A stretch of 64,000 nt of DNA. It comes from Blastocatellia bacterium. Lineage in GTDB: Bacteria > Acidobacteriota > Blastocatellia > UBA7656. Location: positions 10,907 to 74,906 of the forward strand of contig JBASRN010000022.1 of the NCBI GenBank assembly GCA_049273855.1. The letters are read 5' to 3'. Below, in pieces: positions 56,908-64,000 of the stretch; positions within the stretch are counted from its first letter, which is position 1; each line of letters starts with the position of its first letter. A program made the translations under genes and the position numbers. A model generated the notes under the pieces. It saw only the letters and a program-made list of their open reading frames with translations, was not told the DNA's origin and searched no databases.

Positions 56908-57894
56908 TTGGGAGGACAGCGCTTGGAATTTCTAGTGTTAATTCAAGAAGACCCATCTTCGTACTCAATCGGAGACTCGGTGCTAGAGCGAATCATCAAG
57001 ATCCTGAACTATCCATTCGTGAATCAAAAGGAGTTCAAGGTGTCGATCTTGAGTCTTCTTTTGCTTGTCTTCGTCGTAGGCATCGCGACGATTGTCTCGC
57101 GCTATCTCAGACGATTCTTAGAGAATCGCTTCCTGCCAAAAGTCAACGTTGAGGCGGGACTAAGATACACGCTGCTCAGGCTGGTTCACTACATGATAAT
57201 CGCGCTCGGAGTGCTGTACGGGTTGAAGATCGGCTTTGGAGTAGACCTGACCAGCGTTGCGGTAATCCTGGGTTTTCTCTCAGTAGGCATCGGCTTTGGC
57301 CTACAGTACATCGCCTCGGATATGGTGTCGGGGTTCATCCTGCTGTTCGAAAGGCCGATCCGCGTTGGTGACCGCCTCCGGCTAAAGGAAGGGATCGAGG
57401 GCAGCGTAGAGAAGATAAGCCTCCGGTCGACAATAATACTAACGAACGAGAACATGGCGGTCATCGTGCCAAACTCGAAGCTGCTTCAAAACGAAGTAAT
57501 AAACTATTCCTACCCCACCCAGGAGGTGCGACTCAACATCCCGGTCGGCGTCGCATACGGAAGCGATCTGGACAAGGTGTTGGAGGCGTTAATTGAAGCG
57601 GCTCGGTCGGTGGACGATGTATTGACTAGCCCCGAGCCCCGGGTCCACTTCGGCGGATTTGGCGACTCCTCGCTCGATCTGGAGGTGCGTGTCTGGATAG
57701 ACGAGCCGCACAAGCATCCGCAAATTCGCAGCAGAGTAAACTTCGCGATAGAACGAGTGTTTCGAGAGCGCAACATCGAGATACCTTTTCCCCAGCGCCA
57801 CGTACATCTGAGCAACGCTTCAACCAGGATCAACAGCGACGCGTCGGTCAAGGGTCAACGCCGGCCAATCAACGATGACCACCAAAGCGATTGA
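56908..57894 (+). CDS. MscS-family mechanosensitive channel
   Basis: Three TM helices are followed by GFILLFERPIRVGDRL and a beta-domain. The start codon is uncertain (TTG 56908, or a GTG further downstream). Confidence 0.85.
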   Translation: MGGQRLEFLVLIQEDPSSYSIGDSVLERIIKILNYPFVNQKEFKVSILSLLLLVFVVGIATIVSRYLRRFLENRFLPKVNVEAGLRYTLLRLVHYMIIALGVLYGLKIGFGVDLTSVAVILGFLSVGIGFGLQYIASDMVSGFILLFERPIRVGDRLRLKEGIEGSVEKISLRSTIILTNENMAVIVPNSKLLQNEVINYSYPTQEVRLNIPVGVAYGSDLDKVLEALIEAARSVDDVLTSPEPRVHFGGFGDSSLDLEVRVWIDEPHKHPQIRSRVNFAIERVFRERNIEIPFPQRHVHLSNASTRINSDASVKGQRRPINDDHQSD

Positions 57895-58042
57895 GCACTG
57901 GTTAAGGGTCGCGTTTGCCTGTTTTCCTTGACGATCAACAGCTCGAATCCTTAAACTGAAGCTCAGTCTGGCACGGCCCACTTTTGGAACTCACGCTCCG
58001 CGCATACCTTGCATAGTGGCGGTTCGAGCTGGCCCGAAACCT

Positions 58043-60913
58043 ATGACACATAACCTCTTTAACTCGCTCCACTCCTTCACCGCAGGAAGCCTCAGCGGCA
58101 AGTTCTACTCATTGCCCGAAGTTGAAAAACAGGGCATCGGCCGGGTCTCGATCCTGCCGGTCAGCATTCGCATCGTGCTCGAATCCGTGTTGCGCAATTA
58201 CGATGGCAAACGAATCACCGAAGCGAATGTACGCCAGATTGCCGGCTGGCAGCCAAACGCCGAACGAACCGAAGAGATTCCATTCGTCGTTGCCCGAATC
58301 CTGCTGCAAGACTTCACCGGCGTGCCGTTGCTTGTTGACCTGGCGGCGATGCGATCGGCGGTTGCGCGCCTCGATAAAGATCCGGGGATAATCGAGCCGC
58401 TCGTCCCAGTCGATTTAGTGATCGATCATTCGGTTCAAGTCGATTTCTCGAGCACTCCCGACGCGCTGCGGCTGAACATGGAGATGGAGTTCAAGCGCAA
58501 CCGCGCCCGCTATCAGTTTCTGAAGTGGGGCATGCACGCATTCAATAGCTTCAAAGTCGTGCCGCCCGGCATCGGCATCTGTCATCAAGTCAATCTCGAG
58601 TATCTTGCCAAAGGCGTTCAGGAAAAAGACGGAGTTTTCTATCCTGACACATTGGTGGGTACCGATTCGCACACGACGATGATCAACGGGCTCGGCGTCG
58701 TAGGCTGGGGAGTAGGCGGCATCGAAGCCGAAGCCGGAATGCTTGGCCAGCCGGTCTACTTCCTGACACCCGACGTCGTCGGCGTCAATATGACAGGCAA
58801 GCTCAAGGAAGGCGTCACCGCTACGGATCTTGTTCTTACCGTGACCGAAATGCTCCGCAGCGCTAAAGTCGTCGGCAAGTTTGTCGAGTATCATGGCGAG
58901 GGCGCGGCCTCGCTGTCGGCGACCGACCGCGCAACCATCGCGAACATGTCGCCGGAGTACGGTGCGACGATGGGCTTCTTCCCGATTGACGAGGAAACGT
59001 GCGCGTACTACAAAGCTACGGGCCGTTCTGAGGAACAAGTTGAGTTGATCCGAAGCTACTTCAAGGCGCAAGGAATGTTTGGAATCCCCCGGAAGGGCGA
59101 ATGCGAGTACAGCACGGTGCTCGAACTGGATTTGGGTTCGGTTCTCCCGAGCGTCTCGGGACCGAAGCGCCCGCAAGATCGCATTACGCTTTCAAATCTC
59201 AAGAATAAATTTGTCGAGCTTCTTCAGAAGCCTCTGGGCGAGGACGGGTACAACAGGCCGAGCGATGAGATCGGCAGACGCTTCCCGGCCTGGATTGGAG
59301 CCGTACAAAATGGCACGCGCAGCGGAGGTGGCGAGCAGCGAAACGAGACTGCTCCGGTCGCTGTTTCCAATAAAACAAGCGCGAACAACACAAACGTCGA
59401 AACCGAAACGGAGATGATCAACAACCGGCCTACCCCCGACCGCGTAGAGGCGAACGAAGCAATCTCCGCGCGAGGTGTAGGGGTCGAACTGGCGCACGGA
59501 GATGTGCTGATAGCCGCGATCACGTCCTGTACCAACACCTCGAACCCGAGCGTGATGCTTGCGGCTGGATTGCTTGCCAAAAAGGCAGTCGAGAAAGGTT
59601 TGAGCCTCAAGCCGACCGTCAAAGCCTCACTTGCGCCGGGTTCGCGAGCGGTGACCGATTATCTTGCAAAGACTGGGCTTCAACCCTATCTGGATCATAT
59701 CGGATTCAATCTGGTCGGATACGGCTGCACAACCTGTATCGGCAATTCCGGTCCGCTCGATCCCGGGCTCGAAGAGGCGCTTAGCAAGAACGACATCGTC
59801 GCCGCAAGCGTGTTGAGCGGTAATCGCAACTTCGAAGCCCGTGTGCATCAGAGCATCAAAGCGAACTTCCTGATGAGCCCCCCGCTGGTGGTCGCGTTCG
59901 CGCTTGCGGGCCGCGTTGATATCAACCTCTCCGAAGAGCCCATCGGCAGGGGCCGGGATGGAAGCGACGTTTTTCTCCGTGACCTCTGGCCAACCAGCGA
60001 AGAGGTACGCGAGTTGATGCGCGCCGCGTTTGATCCTGAAACCTATCGCCGCTTGTACAGCAGCTTCGTCGAGGAGAACCCGATGTGGAATGAGATTCCA
60101 ACGACCGGCGGCGACGTCTACGAGTGGGATCCGGAATCGACTTACATTCAAGAGCCGCCTTACTTCCAGGGCTTCTCGATGCAGCCCGGATCTGTGACTA
60201 CCATCAAGAATGCGCGGGCGCTTGCCGTCTTCGGCGATTCGGTGACCACGGATCACATCTCGCCTGCCGGCGCGATCAAACCGACGTCCCCGGCCGGGCT
60301 CTATCTTCAAGAGAAGGGCGTATCGGTCGCCGACTTCAACAGCTACGGCGCCCGACGAGGCAACGATCGGGTTATGACGCGCGGAACCTTCGCGAACGTG
60401 CGAATCAAAAACCTGATGGTTCCGGGGGTCGAAGGCGGAGTTACTATTCATCAACCCGACGGCGAGCGCATGAGCATCTATGACGCGGCGATAAAGTATC
60501 AGGCCGCGGATGTTCCGCTGATGGTGTTCGCAGGTCAGGAGTACGGGACGGGCAGCTCGCGCGATTGGGCTGCGAAGGGGACGCGCTTGTTGGGCGTTCG
60601 CGCGGTTGTCGCTCAGAGCTTCGAGCGGATACACCGGTCGAACCTTGTGGGGATGGGCGTGTTGCCTTGCCAGTTTAAAGAAGGCACGAATGCGCGCACC
60701 TTAAAGCTCGATGGCAGCGAGACGTATGACCTGACCGGATTTGAAGAATCGATTACGCCTCGCCAGGATTTGACGCTTGTGATTCACCGCGCGAGCGCAG
60801 AAACCGAACAGGTGCCCGTGATATTACGCATCGACACACCGATCGAAGTTGATTACTACCAGCACGGGGGGATACTGCAGTACGTCTTGAGGCAATTGAT
60901 CGCACAGAGTTAA
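58043..60913 (+). CDS. acnA: Aconitate hydratase A
   Basis: [42 protein letters not shown] and SGNRNFEAR are present. Confidence 0.97.
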   Translation: MTHNLFNSLHSFTAGSLSGKFYSLPEVEKQGIGRVSILPVSIRIVLESVLRNYDGKRITEANVRQIAGWQPNAERTEEIPFVVARILLQDFTGVPLLVDLAAMRSAVARLDKDPGIIEPLVPVDLVIDHSVQVDFSSTPDALRLNMEMEFKRNRARYQFLKWGMHAFNSFKVVPPGIGICHQVNLEYLAKGVQEKDGVFYPDTLVGTDSHTTMINGLGVVGWGVGGIEAEAGMLGQPVYFLTPDVVGVNMTGKLKEGVTATDLVLTVTEMLRSAKVVGKFVEYHGEGAASLSATDRATIANMSPEYGATMGFFPIDEETCAYYKATGRSEEQVELIRSYFKAQGMFGIPRKGECEYSTVLELDLGSVLPSVSGPKRPQDRITLSNLKNKFVELLQKPLGEDGYNRPSDEIGRRFPAWIGAVQNGTRSGGGEQRNETAPVAVSNKTSANNTNVETETEMINNRPTPDRVEANEAISARGVGVELAHGDVLIAAITSCTNTSNPSVMLAAGLLAKKAVEKGLSLKPTVKASLAPGSRAVTDYLAKTGLQPYLDHIGFNLVGYGCTTCIGNSGPLDPGLEEALSKNDIVAASVLSGNRNFEARVHQSIKANFLMSPPLVVAFALAGRVDINLSEEPIGRGRDGSDVFLRDLWPTSEEVRELMRAAFDPETYRRLYSSFVEENPMWNEIPTTGGDVYEWDPESTYIQEPPYFQGFSMQPGSVTTIKNARALAVFGDSVTTDHISPAGAIKPTSPAGLYLQEKGVSVADFNSYGARRGNDRVMTRGTFANVRIKNLMVPGVEGGVTIHQPDGERMSIYDAAIKYQAADVPLMVFAGQEYGTGSSRDWAAKGTRLLGVRAVVAQSFERIHRSNLVGMGVLPCQFKEGTNARTLKLDGSETYDLTGFEESITPRQDLTLVIHRASAETEQVPVILRIDTPIEVDYYQHGGILQYVLRQLIAQS

Positions 60914-61115
60914 CTTTCGGATGGTTAGCCATCGAGGTATGCTGCCCGAGACGCTAGCAGGCTGCTGAAAGAGGGAGGGCGCCACCAGGGCACAAAGACA
61001 GGAAGCTGCACCAAGTCAGTGATTGCAATATGTTGTGGGCTTCGTGTTCCTTGGGGGCTTAGCGGCGATGGGTCAGGTTTTCAGCAGGCTGTTCGAGTTT
61101 GATCTTCAACGTGGT

Positions 61116-61706
61116 TCACTTCGCGCCAACAATCTTCCTCACTTCTTCAATTATCGTCTCATCAGGCGGGCGATCTTGGGGGTCTTTGCCTACGTGCAGG
61201 AATCTGATCTTACCTTCTCGGTCCACGATGAAGATCGCTGGATGAGCAATCCCGCCGTGTTCCGCCGGATTAAGGACTCCGTACGAAGTTATGACCGTCT
61301 TGTCGGCGTCGGAAAGTATCTGAAACTTCGCGCCCGTAGTCTGGCCCATCGACCATGAAAACGACTGCTGGTCGGAGCTGATTGCGATCACATCTCCGCC
61401 CGCACGTTTGAAGTTGTTGTAGTCCTCAGCCATCCTGGTGAGTTGCTGTGTGCAAGCGGCTCACCAGTAGCCTCGATAGAACACCAACACGACCGGCGAG
61501 CGTTGCGTATATTCCGAGAGTATGACGAGCTTGCCGTCGCCGTTTGGAAGCGCGAAGTCCGGTGCTTTGTCGCCGAGCTTGAGCGTCGTTGACTTCGCGG
61601 TGACGGTTGGTTTAGGCAGAACGGGCGGCGCAAGCGGCGATTGCTGCGCAGCTACCGCACCGGCAAACAGGATGGTCAACGATAGAGCTGCAAGAAACGG
61701 CTTCAT
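61116..61706 (-). CDS. Exported Prx-like (AhpC/TSA, WCxxC-type) thiol peroxidase with an in-frame TGA at 61461-61463 (candidate selenocysteine, or else a pseudogene)
   Basis: Two same-frame ORFs are joined by a single TGA. The junction reads ...VVLVFYRGYW-[TGA]-AACTQQL..., where the family has WCxxC. A signal peptide is present at the N-terminus. Confidence 0.65.
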
Positions 61707-61960
61707 TGAAGTAAGAAATCTAAGAGTGCGGTCCAGCTTCTGTCAATCGCTCACGGGTCAGAGTTCATCGGTGACCAAGAGAAGTCCACCACGTCCAGGT
61801 CTTATCACCAGACCACGCTTCAGTCACAGATTCCTGTTGAGTCGAAAAGGAAATCTGCTTATACTGGGCGCATCCTGGACAAGGCTGATCCGATGAGATC
61901 GAATACACAAGTCTCTCCTACGCCCATGGAGTCTCGCCAACCTAAAGGAGCGGTTTTCGT

Positions 61961-62437
61961 ATGTCGGGCTTATGCGACCGATGCAACGAACGAACAAGCC
62001 AGTTAGCTAACATTGCCAACCTGCCGGAACTGGCTCCAGTGGCCCATCTCGGCTATCGCCAGGTTTGCACTCCCTGTTACGACGATTTGCTGGCGGAAGC
62101 CAACGAGACCGAAGATCCCGACGACGGCCGGCGCGCAGAACCGCGCGTTAACGTCTCGATCAAAGCGCGGGTCGAGGGCAATACCTCGCATCTCGACAGC
62201 TTTGTCGACGAGATGACGATCGAAGAGATCAGCCCGTCCGGACTCCGATTGCACACCGTTCGTGACCTCGAGCCGGGCACGCTGGTAAAGCTGTCGGTGC
62301 CTTCCGTTGATTTCGAGGCCACCGCTCTGGTTCAGGCCGTCTGGCGAGACGCAGGCCAGCACAGCATAGGCTTAAAGCTGGTCGAACCGAGCGAAGGATG
62401 GGAAAAGCTCTGGCAACAAAACGCCCCGGAAGAATAG
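61961..62437 (+). CDS. PilZ domain protein with an N-terminal Cys4 zinc-ribbon
   Basis: CDRC...CTPC ribbon. RRAEPR (RxxxR) and EISPSGL (D/N-x-S-x-x-G-like) are c-di-GMP-binding motifs. Confidence 0.7.
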   Translation: MSGLCDRCNERTSQLANIANLPELAPVAHLGYRQVCTPCYDDLLAEANETEDPDDGRRAEPRVNVSIKARVEGNTSHLDSFVDEMTIEEISPSGLRLHTVRDLEPGTLVKLSVPSVDFEATALVQAVWRDAGQHSIGLKLVEPSEGWEKLWQQNAPEE

Positions 62438-62600
62438 TCAGTAGTCCGTAGTCAGTAGTTGATAAGTGCCAAGACATTGTTGACGCCGAAAGTGCAATGA
62501 CTTGGCACTTGAGGACCGCTGGGAGTTACTACTGACCACTGATTACTGACTACGGGCTACGGACTATGGACTACGGACTACTGGCTACGGACTCCTCCTA
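62435..62600. repeat. GTAGYC/GACTACK hairpin element, copy 3, enclosing a 16-bp stem-loop; it fills the PilZ-thrC spacer
   Basis: The left arm is tagtcagtagtccgtagtcagtag. The central stem pairs aagtgccaagacattg (62464-62479) with caatgacttggcactt (62495-62510) at 15/16 positions. The right arm is ttactactgaccactgattactgactacgggctacggactatggactacggactactggctacggact. Confidence 0.8.
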
Positions 62601-63938
62601 ATGAACCAAGCCGATCAGTCGAGAGCATTCTTGCGATGCATCGAAGCCGAGTGCCGGCGCTATTACCCGATCGATGAGCGCCTCTACACGTGTCCTTTGT
62701 GCGGGGGGCTGCTCGACGTAGCTTATGACTTCCACCTGCCTTACACCATCCAGGAGATGATCGCGCTCTTTCAGGAACGTAAGACGATTGAGGCCGATCC
62801 CGATCGCAGCGGAGTGTGGCGCTTTCGCGAGCTGCTGCCTTTCACCGACGATTGCTCTCATGTCGTGACGCTTGCCGAGGGCAACACGCCGATTTACACG
62901 GCTCCGCGCTCGGCTGAGTATGCGGAGATCACATCCCTCCGCTTCAAGCATCAAGGGATGAACCCGACCGGCTCGTTCAAAGACAACGGCATGACGACGG
63001 GCGTCACTCAAGCGGTGCGCATTGGAGCTAGGGCGGTTGCCTGTGCTTCGACGGGAAACACTTCGGCATCGATGGCGGCTTACGCTGCGCGAGCCGGAGT
63101 GCGCGCGGTTGTGTTCATACCGGCAGGCGAGATCTCCTGGGGCAAGCTCTCACAAGCGCTCGAGTACGGCGCTACGGTTGTGGAGCTGGAAGGAAACTTC
63201 GACGACGCCATGCGAGTCGTGCGCGAAGTCGCCGCCGAAACCGATCTGTATCTTCTGAACTCGATCAATCCTTTCCGTCTCGAAGGTCAGAAGACGATCA
63301 TCGTCGAGATGATCGAGCAATGCTCGTGGCGGGCGCCGGAGTGGATTGTGCTGCCCGGTGGAAACCTGGGCAACGTATCGGCATTTGGCAAGGCGCTGCA
63401 CGAGCTGGCCGAGCTGGGCTTCATCGATCGCGTGCCTCGACTTGCGGTGATTCAAGCGGAAGGCGCCGCGCCTTTCTACGAGCTGTTCGCGTCATCCGAT
63501 CGTTCGCGACTCAACGCGGTGCAGAAGGCCTCGACGCTTGCGACTGCCATCAAGATCGGCAATCCGGTTTCCTGGAAGAAGGCGGTGCGCGCGCTTGAAT
63601 GGACCGATGGAGTTGTCGAGCGAGTGAGCGAACAGGAGATCGCCGACGCCAAAGCAATCATCGGGCGAGACGGCATCGGGTGCGAGCCCGCGTCTGCAGC
63701 CACGCTTGCAGGGATCAAACGACTGGTCGCCGCCAGCGTCATCGAGCCCGACAGCGATATCATCGCGGTGCTGACCGGCAATCTGTTGAAGGACCCGAAC
63801 TACACGGTCGACTATCACACCGGCAAACTTGGTATTGGCGCCGGCGACGAAAGACGCGCGATCACGGGCAACTTCGCCAATCGCCCGATGCGCGCGCCGG
63901 CGGACAAGGACGAGATCAAACGACTGTTGAGCTTGTGA
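62601..63938 (+). CDS. thrC: Threonine synthase
   Basis: N-terminal Cys-rich segment (CIEAECRRYYP...CPLCGG), GSFKDNGM PLP lysine, and ASTGNTSAS. Confidence 0.92.
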   Translation: MNQADQSRAFLRCIEAECRRYYPIDERLYTCPLCGGLLDVAYDFHLPYTIQEMIALFQERKTIEADPDRSGVWRFRELLPFTDDCSHVVTLAEGNTPIYTAPRSAEYAEITSLRFKHQGMNPTGSFKDNGMTTGVTQAVRIGARAVACASTGNTSASMAAYAARAGVRAVVFIPAGEISWGKLSQALEYGATVVELEGNFDDAMRVVREVAAETDLYLLNSINPFRLEGQKTIIVEMIEQCSWRAPEWIVLPGGNLGNVSAFGKALHELAELGFIDRVPRLAVIQAEGAAPFYELFASSDRSRLNAVQKASTLATAIKIGNPVSWKKAVRALEWTDGVVERVSEQEIADAKAIIGRDGIGCEPASAATLAGIKRLVAASVIEPDSDIIAVLTGNLLKDPNYTVDYHTGKLGIGAGDERRAITGNFANRPMRAPADKDEIKRLLSL

Positions 63939-64000
63939 AGAACGCGTTGCAGACCGATCAGCATATTGAACATAAAAGATCGTAGTACCGCCTTTCAGGA

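Noticed and set aside
1-64000. I looked across the whole window for CRISPR arrays, tRNA/rRNA/tmRNA/RNase P signatures, transposases, integrases, phage genes, toxin-antitoxin pairs and known defence-system genes.
   Set aside because: None was seen. T-loop-like GGTTCGA strings occur only inside coding regions (for example 38010 in frdA). All direct repeats found are short word repeats arranged as hairpins, not spacer-separated arrays. The window therefore looks like core chromosome, and I do not claim a novel defence or mobile system.

Overview
GC-rich chromosomal segment with no sign of mobile DNA. Gene content and the style of the intergenic repeats suggest an Acidobacteriota-like soil bacterium, but that is inference only. 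All calls rest on reading the supplied translations and the raw sequence; no searches were run. About 55 CDS are credible.

Main blocks:
1. sdhCAB, a Bacillus/Wolinella-type complex II with one cytochrome b (1.1-4.5 kb), next to a radical SAM gene.
2. A ~16 kb K+ homeostasis island (5.8-21.6 kb). It holds a DUF4118 histidine kinase plus kdpE, a phased TTAC operator-like motif present twice, small ORFs, and a BBP2-like porin. It also holds three tandem single-TM micropeptide ORFs (the last is canonical kdpF), kdpA-kdpB-kdpC, a HAMP-PAS kinase-like protein whose H-box histidine is missing, a stand-alone KdpD N-terminal/Usp protein, and a zinc-ribbon ORF coupled to an APC-fold permease with a Usp-like tail.
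3. A PLP dehydratase and two tandem acyl-CoA ligases.
4. polA.
5. An E. coli-type frdABCD.
6. c-di-GMP proteins: HD-GYP-GAF with a degenerate GGDEF, and a PilZ protein.
7. An F420 cluster, npdG-cofD-orf108-cofC-cofE.
8. A Tat-signal aminotransferase, M20 and S58 peptidases, a Na+/solute symporter and an SDR.
9. mscS-like, acnA and thrC.

Most notable observations:
- An in-frame TGA sits exactly at the first Cys of the WCxxC motif of an exported Prx-like protein, making it a candidate selenoprotein.
- The kdp locus has a split, rewired regulatory architecture with two operator-like motifs.
- Structured spacers lie inside the kdpF-A-B operon.
- Several families of intergenic hairpins are built from tandem short words (GACTACK, CACRAAG, GATGAACRC, CTGGTTT).

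I saw no tRNA, rRNA, CRISPR array, transposase, integrase or recognisable defence-system gene.
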